Program-made: the position numbers and the translations under genes
Notes under the pieces: model-generated
The model's database searches: none
Told to the model about the DNA's origin: nothing
What the model saw: the letters and a program-made list of their open reading frames with translations, nothing else
Part shown: piece by piece, positions 9,601 to 23,000 of the stretch
Position numbering within the stretch: the first letter of the stretch is position 1
Layout of the letters: every line of letters starts with the position of its first letter
Origin: Penicillus capitatus
Lineage: Eukaryota > Plantae > Chlorophyta
Direction of reading: 5' to 3'
Assembly (NCBI GenBank): GCA_965649825.1
Contig: OZ287695.1
Coordinates: 1,787,288-1,851,287, forward strand
DNA: 64,000 nt

Positions 9601-12600
9601 AGGGGGCGTTCACATCATTCTGTTTTTTCGTGTCTACAGTTTGCCATCCACCTCCGCTTTGTTGTGGTTTGGCAGTGTTGAATGGTTGTGCTCTAACTGT
9701 TTGTTACGGCTGTTTTTACGTCGTCTGCTGTTTTCTGGGCCAATTGAAGCGGTTTTTGAATCTGGAGACCTGAAAGATGTCAGCACAAATCGATCAAGAA
9801 AGGGAGTCTAACTTTGGATCAGCCAGCTTAAGTTTGATTTCGGCTGCAACGGCGAGTTCTACCAAACTGGGTTGCTGGAACAACTTTGGAGCCAGGGATA
9901 TTGGAAGAACTTCATTACCAATGGATCGGAGAGACAAGGAGCCCATATGGAGCGACAAATTCAGTACCATTTATTGCCTGCCGACCGACCACATGGTAAA
10001 CTCTCCTCTACTGAACTTCTAAACGATGAATGGTTATACAACAGGTCAGCAGTAAAAGCAGAAATCCTGCATGTCGGGGAGGCCTCTCAATGCATGAACC
10101 AACTGATGCCGTATAATATGAATGCAATCTACAGAGCCACAATCAGTAAGCCCGTGCATTCCACGCTCAAAGCTGATGCTGAATGTATCTTCAGACGATG
10201 GAATTCTGTCATCAAAGTATGAGAATTGAGAAATGGACAGCAGAAGAAGGGAGACGGAAGGACCAACAGAATGAAGAATGATCGATCAGCACCTCATCTG
10301 TCCAAGCTTCGTCTTAGTCTCATGAAGAACACGAGATTTGCGTATGCATATCACATTCTGTGAGGTGAGATGGCTGGTTCATGATCTGGGATAAACTTAC
10401 CTGTCAGATTAGGGACGAATGAGTGAGTGTCATTGTGTTGAAGCTCTTTATTTATGCGAGAAGAGAGTAAAGCGATCAAAGATTATGGATCATTCCTGCA
10501 GAACCCCTATTCGTACTCACGGTTTGCTTTCCAGTCAGTTTCACCCTGGAGACCTACTTTTCTCTTCTAGGAGAAGAGACATGAAATGACCTACTGCTCG
10601 ATGGATTCCCAGACATGTTTCCACATTCTACAGAGAGGAGGATCAGATCGAGGGCGAAACGCGGGCTGGACACTGCATCCCAGTCAGCCGTTTTCTGCAA
10701 GACACAGGCATCCAAGTGCGAGCGATGGGAGCGAGAATCGCTAAAAGAATACACTACTAGAAGAGTGGCCATTCGGGAGTGCTTTTGGTTGGAATCATTG
10801 CTGCAAGTCATTTTGCACGTGCTTCTGCAAGGAATCTCTCTTCTCTGCTGAGCTTTTTGCCCGAGTATCACTATTTGAGAGCAGAATCAAAAACCAGTCA
10901 CAGTGTCAGGGAATCATTGACGAAGTGCTGTGCCAAATCATCCAATGCAGGCAAGGTCAGTCACTCTTTTTTGCTTGATTGAAATCATGTTCTTCTGTTT
11001 CAGCATTTGTTCACGAGGAAAGACGACCACTTGGCATTTGCGAAGTTCAGCTTGAGGCAGGAAGCTCATCGATGTCTCATAGAAGGAGTTCAGACCTGCC
11101 TCATTGTTTCTTGTCTTTGAGCGAGAACACGGGACTCGAAGTGGCCAAACAGAAAGGAGTGGCCAGAACACTGCTGTCATACGTGTCGATGAAACGGTGT
11201 TCGTGGAGAGTGACCTTGACAGCCGTGCAGAAAAGGTCTTTGGAACGAAATCCTTGATCTGCACTCACAGCATGCTATCAGAGCGACAAGCATGAAAACC
11301 ACTCATTAAAAACCGTTCAATGAGTACTACAGTAAGACTTGTTGCTTTCCGAATACTCATTTATGTTCCAAACTGAACAGAGATGGCACCAAGCTAGACA
11401 CCTGCGCAAGGCATTCGCAAAAGAGCTAGCATTCTAGATCAGCGGATTCGGTCAACTGAAGACATGGAACATGGAGGTGAAAGAGTAAGTACCTGCCCCT
11501 ACCATCTGAACGATCCTTTGCTTGTCCAGGGAAACGCATAACGACATCAGTCTGCTCGAAATGTGTTGGGGACGAACCAGGAGCAGACATCCCCAGCAGC
11601 TGGGGAATCGGGGCGATGCACGGAGGTGTGTCCACACGAAGGTATCAGGTACACACGCCCTTCGGAGGCACAGATTTAGTTCTCTGGAGAGAAACTGGAT
11701 CGATCGTCTCAAGAGTCACCGGGCCGACTGCAAAGATGAAGCATTTGGCTGCTTGAAGATACGACAGTCCAGCATCGGTTGTGTCACCTTCGAATGTTCG
11801 ATCGAGCATCACAACCTTGAAGGCCACCAATTATCTGGGGAACATCACATGCGTCTGATTGAGCTCGATTGGACAGGCGTGATTCACTAGCAGCAGCTCA
11901 ATGAGTAGCAGTCTCGAGTTGCCGAAAAAGCCCTCAGCCGATGAGTATCCCAGTAAGCTCGAACTCCTATCGATGTACATGACTAGTGGCTAAGACAGGT
12001 GTCCAGTAGCAATGCCGTGCGATATCTGGACTGATACGTGCCCCCAGGGAAGAATCCTTGGATCCACTGACGAGCAAGACATTCGAGCAGAGGATCTGAC
12101 TCTTTGAAGATCACAGTCACTCATCTCACACTTGCTCAGAAAGGTGATAATGACGGATGTGAAACGTGACGATGCAGACATTGAATGCGGAAGATTCCAA
12201 GCTCCTAGAGCACTCTGTTGTATGGCTGTCCTACAAACATGATGACAACGATTAGAGACGGAAAATGTGAAATGGTGTTCTTGGATGATCAGAGGCAATC
12301 ACTCTCTGCCGAGGACGAAGACGACATACGTTTCTGCACGTTGCATTATTGGAAGACGAAGGCGAGTATGTGGAGTCATTCTCTGCTGAAGAAAGGCGAA
12401 CATCTGTGGCGGCTGGGAGACAACCTTCCATGCCCAGCTGGAGCAACAACCAGAGTAGGATGTCGAAGAATCAGAGGTTTACACATCGCAAAACCTTGGT
12501 TTGTCGATCCACTTAACGAGGTACGACCACCACTAGCTGCAAGTCATCCGATTCAAAGAGAACTCTTACGTCAGGGGAATGATCTGATTGCATCGAGGCC

Positions 12601-15260
12601 ATCCACTCTTGACATGGCATGATCCGCTGTAGGGATGAAGAGTCCTTACTGAAGGAAGCAAGCACTCCACCCACCCATCCATTCGCTCTTAGGTACATTC
12701 TTTGTTTGCATCGCGTCAATCGAAGTCTCCTCTAACTCGCAGACTTGAGTGAGAATGGAAGATTTACCGGAACTGCATGACCATTTATCGACGTAAACAT
12801 ACCAGAGTTCTCCATTGATTACAGTCATCTGCACGAGGCTTTCATGTTGGAAATGAGAGAAGCCTTCTTCCCACTCTGGGATAGAGCAATCGTTGTAGCA
12901 ATTCACGACGTGCCCAGCTATGGCGAAGGAGGACATCGAGAGAGAGATGCGATTCGAAACGATACCCCCTTAAGACTTAAAGATACCCGATGTGAGCACA
13001 ACCCGTCGAGTAAGGACTCCACAACAGCATCATTTCCATCACTAACTACAGGACGCAATTGGCCGCTTAGAAACAGAAACCGAGGACCAATAGGCTCACT
13101 TGTTCGAAGGCTGTCACAGCATCATCACTCAGTGTCCTCTCCTCGGATACTGAAACCGGATCAAGCGCAATGCGGACGAAGCAGACCAGAACAGCATCCC
13201 AGTGACATCACAAACATCCTGGCAACGCCTTAATTGGGACAGCCTGCTGGAAAACAAGCAGCTAACTGGTGAGAATCACTCTTTTGTGGACAGAAAGAAG
13301 AGAGCTGATAGCATGTTGTTCCTCAGTAAACGTGGCAGGAATGGAGCCAAGATGGAATACACAGACAGCCACGTTGACTGACACATCTCTTCAAGTAGAC
13401 AGTCTTCACTTCTGTGCTCGTGCCTAATGGCATATCACCAGGAAGCACAGGAAGACGACAGCCAAGGCCAAAAGAGGAAGGACCAGAGGAGTTGACAGTC
13501 CGTCGAGCTGCTGGACATCGAGAGATCAGCGCATCACTCAGAGAAGATCAAGGGACGGTGTGTTTTCTGGAGAAGACCCTCACCAGCTGCAGGCAAAAGA
13601 TGATCAGCTGCCACCTGGATCGCAACCGACAGCGGCTGCCGCATTTTGGGAGGATGGTTGAGCGGCAGGGAGGAGAGAGCTGGCGCACAGCACTCCATAA
13701 ATAGGAGTGCCCAGACAGCCAAGTGATCAGGTCAGGGATTTCTGGTCTGAGGTCCTCGGATCGGCATCCGGGGCCGTCTTTTCTGTTACCTTTTTGCTTC
13801 CTTCTTCCCCGGATGCCCGTCTTCTCGTTCTGGGCGATAGAACAATGATTGCCGTTTGTGTGTTCTTTTTTTCCATGCCGTTTGTGTGTTTGTATTTCTG
13901 TTTTTGTGTGACCCATCATCGTTCTGTCGTCCCCTTTTCTGCACGTCTTTTTCACTTTTCATTTTCCCTTCTGTGTTTGTTTGCCTGCCTGTGTATTTTG
14001 TGTTTGCCTGCCTATGTATTTTGTGTTTGCCTGCATGTTTTTCTTTTCTGTGCTCTGTTTTATGTTTTCCTAACCTACCTCGTTTTTTTCAGTTCCTTTT
14101 CTGCGCTTTCTCTGTGTTCTGGGTCCCTTTTTGGACCACCTCACCTAAATGTCCGCGCAGCGCGTCGGATCTGAGGGCCGATGTCGGGGAGACTTGGCCA
14201 GTCACCATGGGAACCCGTCTCCATTCCCATGCGGCTGTTCTGCGACGTGTGGCCACAGATGCTCTCTAATATTGATTTGAGAGAATCCCCTTGACACAAG
14301 TGAGCTATCTTTCGCCTCCATGAAACGGCCTGAGTGTTTTGTCTGCAGATAAGGGGTTGATTGGCAAAGCATCTGTCACAGATCTGGCAGCAGAGATCTC
14401 ACACCGGCAGCCGCTGAAGACTTCAGTGGAAGATCATGCACCTGGGCAGAAGCATTAGGGAGGATGGATGGGCGCTGGCGAGGTATGAGGAGGGAGGATG
14501 GGCCATCGACGGAACCGAGTGTGGCCGATCTACCCTCTGCTGGTAAGCGGATCTCGGATCGGCACCCAGGCCGTCTTTTCTGTTCCGTTTTCTCTTCTCT
14601 ATCCCTGGGTGCTCGTTCTCTCTCGTCTGGGCGACAGATCCTGTGTGTTTTTCTCTTTTCTCATCCCCCTTCCTGTTCTGTGACTGTCACAGTCTCTGTC
14701 GCCCCCTTTCTGCATGTCTTTCTTCTTTTTTCGACTGTTCTGTTATTTTTTATTCAATCAGGCCGATTTCTTTCTTACTGTATGCCCTTGCCTTGCTCTG
14801 TTTTTTCATTTAACTTTTTTATCTGTTTCTTGATTGTGTCTGCCTGCTGTTTCCCGTGCCTGAATTCCTGCTTTCTTTGTCTTGCTGTTTGGCATCTTTC
14901 CCTAGCTCAGTACATGTTATTCTTTCTGTGTTTTAGCCTATGTGACGCATGTATTTTTGTCTGTGTCTTCCTTTCTTTGCTGCTCTTTCCTGTTATTGTG
15001 ATTTGCTTCTTGTTGTTTCCATTTCATTGTGTTTCTATCTTTGTTTTCTGTCTTTTTTTGTGTTCTGGTCCTTTTTTTGCTCTGGACCCTCATTGCATGT
15101 CCGCGAAACGCGCCGGATCTAAGTCCCCGCTCCTTCAGAGACGATCTGGTCAACTCACCCACGGAGACTTGTACACCAAACCAAATCGCCGACGCTCTGC
15201 CCAGGTTGCACAGATTACACGTAACCATAAGTAAGCAGCTCGTTGATTTGGACTTCAAGG
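9600..15260 (-). mobile_element. Degenerate DIRS-order (tyrosine recombinase) retrotransposon, copy A
   Basis: Ordered remnants across frameshifts on minus strand: RT FLFLSGQLRPVVSDGND, SLKGYRFESH, PEWEEGFSHFQ, WYVYVDKW, EWMGGW..GLFIP, LAASGGR; YR-like HSSFRSS...W..SD near 9900-10030; many stops; boundaries approximate. Confidence 0.65.
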
Positions 15261-17532
15261 CTGATCCTTTGACATGACAGATGAGTGATCGCTGCAGCTA
15301 CCAACAGCATGGGGGTGTCAATGGATCATTTCTGACGATCGTCTGTTGTTGGAGAGAGTGTCCTTCTCAATGCCTTTTCTTACCGGTCTCTGCTCTGGAA
15401 GAGTCATAGACATTGATAACAGACAATTGGCTGTCAGCATTACACTTTTTTGAGTTTCTCGCTGATCTCTGGAGGATATGGCTGGAGGAGAGGAATGCTC
15501 GATGGGAACGATGCAGATGAGTGATATCGGTTGAAGCACTTCGAGTGTGTCATGTTGCGGCACATACGAACTATTGGAGGACATTAAATTTATCACGAAT
15601 ACGGGAGAAAGTGAATATCGTTCACTGCCTGACTGGAGACATGAGTTTTTCCTATCGTAGAGAGATCTATATCCAAGAATCCCTTCTACAAGAACCACTG
15701 CTCTCTTGCTCTGGAAATCGCGGGTACGCACAGAGCATAGCAGTATCGAGACCTCGACGGAGCACGTGGTTTTTTACAGCGGGTCAACTTGCAAACGATG
15801 GTGACGGACCTCAGCCAACATTCCGAATGCTTTTGTTTCTTAAAGACGGAGACAACATGTGATGTGTATTTAATGAAAGCGGATAACAATGTGTATCAAA
15901 CAATATGTTTACAAGAGAGTTGCCATCATGCTTGATCCATACCTGCGAACGCGTTTCATTTGCCGCCGGACATGTATGTATTGGAAAGTCATAATCATCG
16001 AACTCGTCTAAGCATATCCTGTTTTGAGACGATCGAACAGCTGGCAAATTCACGTGCTCATCGCTTACGGATTCGGCAACGCATGAATTGCTTTCGAGTG
16101 TTTGTCCTCAAAGGCACGTTCTCTCAGTGGATCACTTCAGCCGACAGGACATGCGGCGCAGTCGTGTTGTCGCGTCTTTAATGGACGTGCAGTCGCCGCC
16201 ATCATCGCGAACGTGTGGCATCGCAGACTGCACACGGAGAGTTATTCGTCGCGGTGTGCATTGTAAGGACTGTTGGCGACCACGATCGAAGTGCTACATC
16301 TCAAATAACCAGGATGGTCAATGAGAGGGCATGCCGCAATGCGTCAAATGATCGAATAAGAGAAATCATCAAGCATATGATCGCTTCACAGAGGAAATGT
16401 TCTACAAGCGTCGCTTAGCAGTGTCTCCGCGCCTTGCTCATTGTGATCACAATTGAGTACGAGAATGTAAGCACTTGCTGTTTTTACAAGACCATTGGCT
16501 TTGCTAAAGAACAAAACAATCGTATCATCGCGGAAAAGCTGCCAAGACCACTAAACAATCCACAGTTCTCATAAACAGTCCACAGTTCTAAATCAAAGCA
16601 AATTATACTTCGAATAAGTACTCCGCTACTAATAAGAACAGTCTGAAGGCATCTGCACAGATAAACGTCTCGATGATGCACCAACCACCATGTCGCAAAG
16701 CGCGGCGCGAGTCATGGAGCTCCCTCGAAACTCCCGGAGTCCGCGGCAGCGCCCTCCTCGCCTTGAAGCAATCACTCACATAGCGAGGACTCTATCTTCA
16801 AATTGGAAAAGGTGTTGCTCTTCCAGTGATAGCAGTACTCACTGCTTGGTCACGTTCGCCTGCAGGCATTGGTCGTCTTCTTGTTCCAAATAGCCTCAGA
16901 GCTGTTTCTATGCGCGTCCACTCGGAACAGACTCTCCTTCGTGGCCAAGGAACGCATGCGCACATCCGAGTGTCTAGGTAAACATCCGCGCAGACACTCA
17001 CTCGTGTCGCCTTCGGACCTGCAGTCGGCATTCATGCCGCCACTCCATGTGCCGCCTAACATTCCCAGTGACAAAACAGTGAACAACTCGTTAGGAAGAA
17101 GCGCCTGGACGCCGTCGTGGCTCAGAACGCCGAATGCGGATACTCGTCGTGTACGCGACGGTGTTGGGTCTTGTGCAAGATCTGACGAGGTTGCATTTCT
17201 CGACTAATCACGAGGCGTCAAGCGACGTTTGTTGAAACTTCAGAGCTCTATAACTCGCTGCAAACACTTCTTTCGGAACCATTAGTTGCTCCGAGTGCTC
17301 CTCTGACGTCGACAGTTTGATGCGGTAGGCGATGCGAAGACTCGGCAGACAGTCCCATGGCGTCTTCGTTTGAACGAGTAACTGCGTCGCAGGAGTGCGT
17401 CCATATCGATCAACGCGACGACGACAGGAATTGCTTACACTAGCGATTCTCCGCTCATCGGTGCTTGTGTCTGTAGTGTCGTAAACTGTCCATGCAGTAC
17501 AGCTTTCCCCTTCCGCGCCTCGCAATCTGTCC

Positions 17533-18951
17533 TTAGGAGTCCGATTGCTGCTTCATGTAAGCCGCCAGGCGTTCTTGCATCGCTTTGAGTTTGGCCTCCT
17601 TGTCTTGCTGCCTGTCTTCCACATCCATTCCGTTCCGAGTTGCCGTAGACGGAGGAGCCCCCTTTCCTTCTGGGAAGTCGAAGAGCATGTAAGACAGTGC
17701 GGTCGCCACTCCTTGGTGGCCATCGATTTCCACGTGCTTTCCTTGCCAGTCGACAGCGACCTTGTCCACTTTACTCTTGAGAATGGCCAGCGCGAGTCTC
17801 CTCTCACTGAATGGATCCGCAACGGAGGCAGATGTCACGAAACCCACGTTTGCGCCGTCACACAAGACTTCGGCATCGGCCGCGACCGATGGACTCGAAC
17901 GCGGCAACTCGATTCCCCAAAGGCGCTTGCGCACGGCCTCGCGAGTGTAGACCCGCGAGATCGATTCTTGTCCAAGGAAGCATCCCTTGTCCAGAGACAC
18001 GGCGCGGAAGAGATCGAGTTCGAACGGGTTGGACGCTCTGTCCATCTCGTAGCCGCCAGGTCTGCCTTGCACAACTCTTAGCGTCTCCCAGTCTCGCAGA
18101 CCAATGGGCACAGCGCCTGCGTCGACGAAGTTCTTGTAGATGTCGCCCGAGACAGCGTCGTCCACAATCAGCGTGAAACTAAAGACCAGAAGCTCAGCAG
18201 CAAAGTTGTTGGGATCGATGACATGCACTTACCCTGTTTCGCGGTCCATCTCGTTTCCCTTTGCAACGATAACCGGCTTTTCGTTGAAGCCGACGACCTG
18301 ATGTGTTCCGTAGCCGCCATCCAGGACAGCGGCATCGATGTGCAGGCGATCCAGGAGATCCCGGCTAGCGGATCCGTACAGGGAGAAGATGCGCGTCCGC
18401 TGACGCATGTCGACAAGGGACACGTCGTCACCTGGGAACACGAACTTCTCCAACTCTTCGACGATCGCATCCTGTCTCTCGGGAGAGAGGATCACCAGCA
18501 CGGCATCGCGACGCACGTAGGCCGTGGCAAGATCCTTGATTCTGCCCTTCGCCGTGCAAAAGACGGTGTCTCGTCCCTCGCCGGGAGAGAGATCGGTGAA
18601 GCTGTTTGTCGTCTTGTTGTGCAGGAACTCTCTGGCGCCGTCCCCGACGACGCGGAAGAGTCCCCAGTCCCGGCGATCGTAGATAAATGAGAAAGAGTGG
18701 GACGAAAGACGCTCTTGTGTTCCGTCGAACGTCGCTATGTGATTTTGGGCGTCGTACTGGGCACCGAGTTCGCGTTGGTAGTACTCCACGCTGCCCTCCA
18801 ACTCCGGAGCGCCCAGACCAGAGAGGTCGAAATCCGCCGCTGACAGCAGAGGTCGCCGTGGGATCTTTCTGGGCACATGTCTCGTTGCGCCGGCTCTGAG
18901 CCAGGGTGCAGAACGAACGGGGAGACGGGCGACACCAGAAGCGAACATCGC
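17533..18951 (-). CDS. ygfZ: Plastid-targeted YgfZ/COG0354 folate-binding Fe-S cluster factor (GcvT-like)
   Basis: Signature KGCFLGQE, FLHNKTTN, TAKGRIKDL; transit-peptide-like N-terminus; clean GTAAGT...TTTAG intron joining the two ORFs near 18180-18232. Confidence 0.9.
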
Positions 18952-19496
18952 GACTGTACACGTTCTGTCGACGACCTCCTTCATTACAACCAGCTGTCAC
19001 ATCTACAGGGTCTGTTTTTATCATGTGAAGCATTCGGCATTCGAAAGACTTCATCGGGTTGAAATCGTTGAAAGAAACCTCATTCGTTTCAGCCATGGTA
19101 GAGTTGCTTCGTGTATAGGCAACGCTGGAGGTCAGTGGTCGTAAATGCGGGATTGGTGTGGCTGGATTCCAGAGATCTGGACACATCGTTTGCAAATTCT
19201 TAATGTTTTTGGAACAGTTCGAATGACAACAACTGCGCTCAAGGAAGAAATGACAAGAGGAATGAGAATCCACAGATTCGAATAGTGAGGAAGGTTCCAC
19301 TGTCGACGTCAAGAGAGAAAAGCAGACATGTTTCTGAGGCACAAGACTGTGCTATCGTAAGATGGAGTATGTGGAGGAGAAGGAAGTAAACGACGATCAT
19401 TGTTCGTAATTCCGTGAAATCACCATAACAAACAGGATGAGTTGCAGCGAGCTTGACATTGATACTCAATGATCTTGAGCTTGGTCCTCGAATGGA

Positions 19497-20750
19497 TCAC
19501 GACAAACAAGATCCTTGGAAAATGATAGTGTCGTCGAAATCATTCACAATGAAATAGAGAAAGGGATGGTCAACTGTAACGTCGAGAGTCTTTTGTCTGC
19601 GGAGTACGCCTAGTACGTCTAGTCATCGTCGGATTACTGCAGCGCAAGGCTTGACGTCAGTGAGGAAAAGCGAGTCTACCTCCGCTCCCTAGAGTGCAAG
19701 ATTCAGACAACGAGAGTTTATGCGCGATTCGGGCACACACATCCTCTTCGATGTTGATTTCGGCTTTCTGCACAGCGGAAGAATCTTAATTGGATCTCTG
19801 GACATGTTGAAAAAATCTGATGCATGATCAAGGACCGTCTCGAAACTGGGTGATTCAAATAACCCAGCAAGCACATCCAGTTCTGTCCCAGTCCTCCATG
19901 ACGCCACCGTGAAGTTGACTTTCATCGACTTTAATCCATCAGTGAAGAGACCACCAGGAAGGTGTGCTGGAAGCATCCGTTCTGCATTCTTCCATCCATC
20001 TCTCTCTGTTGGAAGAAGAATGAACATTCCAAACTTTCCGTCAGTGTAGGGCATCTTGAAGAGTTGACAGCCGAGTTCGGGCACTTCCTTGATAAGAAGA
20101 CCATCGAATCTCCCTCTTAATGCAGGATGAGCGTATGTCTTTCCGCTAACGCCGTGAAATGTACAGCTGCAGCGGCTAAGGGTTTGCAACCACCCCCCTC
20201 TGAAATTCGTAGAGGTGATCATCATCATCAGCGTTTCGTCAGAAGAGATTCCTGGTGTCGCGAATGTCACAGCATGTCGGACTCCTTTCTCTCCCGTCTC
20301 TTCCTTCACCAGTTCCTCAATGGATGGCTTCCTATTCTGGAAATTCTTCTGGGTAATATTCCGTGAACCGACCGCCCGCATGAAGTCCCTTTCCAACGGA
20401 ACCGATTTGTCGACATATATGTGGTTGGTCATGAGAATCGATTGAAAGTTTTCTATTGGCAAACTGTTGCTGTCTGTTTCTACCGTCCCATTGAACTTCG
20501 CCTCGAGTTCGCGAAACTTCATTGTGTCCTGCAGGTACGCCGCCGTTGCTGTGATTAATGGACTTGTGGACTTACTGGGAAACATAAAGCGGTGTCCAAT
20601 GCGTCTTTCGTCTCCTGCGGCGCCTTCGCGAATCAAGCAGAGTGTCGCAGCCGCGGCAAACGGAGAGAATATGATGCTCTCAGTCGGATGCTCTTTACGC
20701 CATTTCAGCAGCAACTTCTGACCGAGTGCGTTCACTGCCACAGATGTCAT
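19497..20750 (-). pseudogene. Serpin (serine protease inhibitor), disrupted near the reactive-centre loop
   Basis: SIIFSPF, TNFRGGW, QLFKMPY, MFILLP, then after a frameshift SAVQKAEINIEED and C-terminal signature VTVDHPFLYFIV...IIFQG; one frameshift (~19780) and one in-frame TGA before the signature. Confidence 0.8.
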
Positions 20751-20914
20751 GATTTCGAACCTCCGCTGCAGATGTCTGTTACCGCCGATGGCCTTCGTTT
20801 CAATGAGCATCTATCCATAAAAAGGAGTCCCGATGAGAAATGTGATAATCTTCTCCGTCGGTTAGACTCCCAAAGACAAATCAAAACGCCATTCCACGAG
20901 CGGAAAGAGAATTG

Positions 20915-21720
20915 TTCCCTCGGCTTTTTGCCTCTTGCTGACACTTTAATGCTTTTCTCGGATTCCTGTATTCCAACAAGTCTGATGCAGGCAACTGACT
21001 ACCTCTATTGCATCAATGGGCACTTCTTCAAAGTCGTCGCGATCAACACAGCACTCAAGTTTCTTAAACATTTCAAATCTCTCTGAGTGTCCCGAGTGGT
21101 CAAGTCAGTGTCCTCGTTGTGCACTCAAGAGATGCAGCGGTCTCTCTGTAAGAATGCTCCAAGCTTCAATGTCCAACGTGAAGTACATCATGAGCCTCTG
21201 TCGATTATTAAAGAGACGGGGAACTGGAACGCCGAAGAACGGTGAAAACTCTCTGAACTGTTGACGATTCTATGATTACACTCGATGGGGATTCTCTCTC
21301 CAATAGGGCACATCTCCCACCTGGCAGCCTCTTCTTTGGGACGGGGACCAATTATGATAATACACGGACGGTCTTCAAGGGAGCTGCTACGAAGGCACCA
21401 TGATCCAGTAAAAATCTGGTGCCTGACGATTCCATGAGAAATAACTGAACATGTCTCCATGCACTGCGAGACAGGAACCCTCCACGCGGCACAAGCCACT
21501 TTTGCGAATACAACAGTCGTCTTTTTCCTCATCGTTAAAACAACTGGTGTCACTCATCGCCTGCACAAGAAACAAACCTGGAGGCTTTTGACACATTCGA
21601 TGGTTCGGCGAAGAAGTGGCCAATTTTTTCGCATACAATAACGACAAAACGTCGTTCTCTTTCGGTCGCTCGTATGTCCCATGCTCTGTTGATGTGACCA
21701 TGGTCATTCGCAGACCTTAA
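20915..21720 (-). pseudogene. N-terminal part of a BTB/POZ (POB1-like) gene, truncated
   Basis: FNDEEKDDC..VEG..LAVH and LRSSSLEDRPCIIIIGPRPKEEAAR resemble the plant POB1 BTB segment ([20 protein letters not shown]); near-identical to 35385-36220. Confidence 0.5.
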
Positions 21721-21829
21721 GACTCTTGCCGATTCCAGTTCGCAATGGACCGGAGATGTAGCCGATGACGCACGCTATCAGACAGAGGAATGCTTAACAA
21801 CGACAACCACTAAAGAGTGTTTTCAGAGA

Positions 21830-23000
21830 CGCAGTCTGTCTCTCTATTCAGTTCTATGTCTTGTTCTTCTAACATTGCTGATTCTGTAAAGGTAACACAC
21901 TTCACGTCTGGCAGTATAATTGGCATGACCTCGAGGTCCCTTCGGAACCTTGTTCTATGCAAACCCGCTCTTCGTCGTTGCCGAAGCACAAAGACATCTT
22001 CGTCGTCCTCATCTTCGTCGCTCTCTCTTTCTTCCTCTCGGACAACATCTCAAATGATACTGGAGTCGGGATTCATTGTCAGCGAGTCTTCCAGAAAAGC
22101 CAGAGCTTTCTTCTTGTCGTGCTGCACGTTCGTGACCACGGATGGATGTGCCTTCTGCCACGAGTTGTTGTTCCGTGCGAAAACGGCTCGTACATTTCGT
22201 TCGATCTTCATAGAAGGGTGATGAGCCCAAAAGCCTTCTCCCTCGAACTGCATCGAATTCAGGACATAGTCATAGTGCTCCCTGAGAAAGCACACCTCAT
22301 AATGCCAGTATTCATCACACGAAAAGGCATTCTCACTTGTCAAGATGATAGCGTCCGGTAACGGACAGCACGTTTGAGACACCGGAGAATCTTCCGTAAA
22401 TGAGCGGCGTTGTCAAAAGAAGTCGCAGCAGCGGAAAGCAATCCAAAATCAGTGCCTCCTCGTCGACGCTGTAGTCGCTGACAGCCGCAAACTTCGTCGC
22501 TGTTGGCCTGAGCATGCGTTGGTTTCTCTCCCGGACATCCGCGTTCTCATATAAAGGAATGAATTTCGCAGAATTCCTTCCTTGAGCATAAAACGTTGTG
22601 CAGCACCCTCTCATGATGGCTGCCGGTCCGAGCACTGCAATGTCCACTGCCGATGACAGCAGACTCCATTCGGCCTCTCTTCGCATCACTGTACACATCC
22701 TTTCTGCCAGAGACAGACATCTGGCGGCTCTAGCCGCAGCCTTTATCTGATCACGATCGTCCACACTGTCATCTGGCATGTGATCGATGTACTTCTCCTG
22801 CAGCAGCATCACAGCGAGATCCGAATCTCTCGGCACTCCATCTGCTAAACTCCGCTGCTTCTCGACAGTTTTTAGAGAATGCAAGTCGTCGATGGCTTAG
22901 CAGACAGGGGAGTTTGCGCTTGTGTTGCAAAAAGCGGTCAACTTCATTGGTCGGAGCGAACGGCGACTCCCAAAACACTCGTCACCGCGCGCGACCGCGA
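21830..23000 (-). pseudogene. RFC1: Replication factor C subunit 1 C-terminal domain fragment
   Basis: DSDLAVMLLQEKY, AARAARCLS..EWSLL, GRNSAK, DCFPLLRLLLTTPL, and after an in-frame intron YHLDKEHYDY..FW..IERNVRAVFAR; no AAA+ or BRCT motifs recognised upstream; TGA before the acidic tail. Confidence 0.65.

Noticed and set aside
12513-12719. LINE APE-endonuclease SDH motif (QSDHSP) suggesting a non-LTR element
   Set aside because: It lies in an alternative frame within the RT region, other APE motifs are not found in order, and RT/RNase H/YR remnants fit DIRS better
13707-15277. Cys/Phe/Leu-rich apparent membrane ORFs on the plus strand (also 29277-29961, 42522-43043)
   Set aside because: Translations of T/G-rich low-complexity blocks; not conserved at protein level between copies
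15300-17200. Possible gene between element A and ygfZ
   Set aside because: Only short ORFs with weak BTB/BACK-like or kinase-like words in inconsistent order; no supportable call
17380-17460. Y-family DNA polymerase start (VALIDMDA)
   Set aside because: Only a five-residue match; downstream sequence does not continue the Pol eta/kappa motifs and the duplicate at ~6590 reads differently
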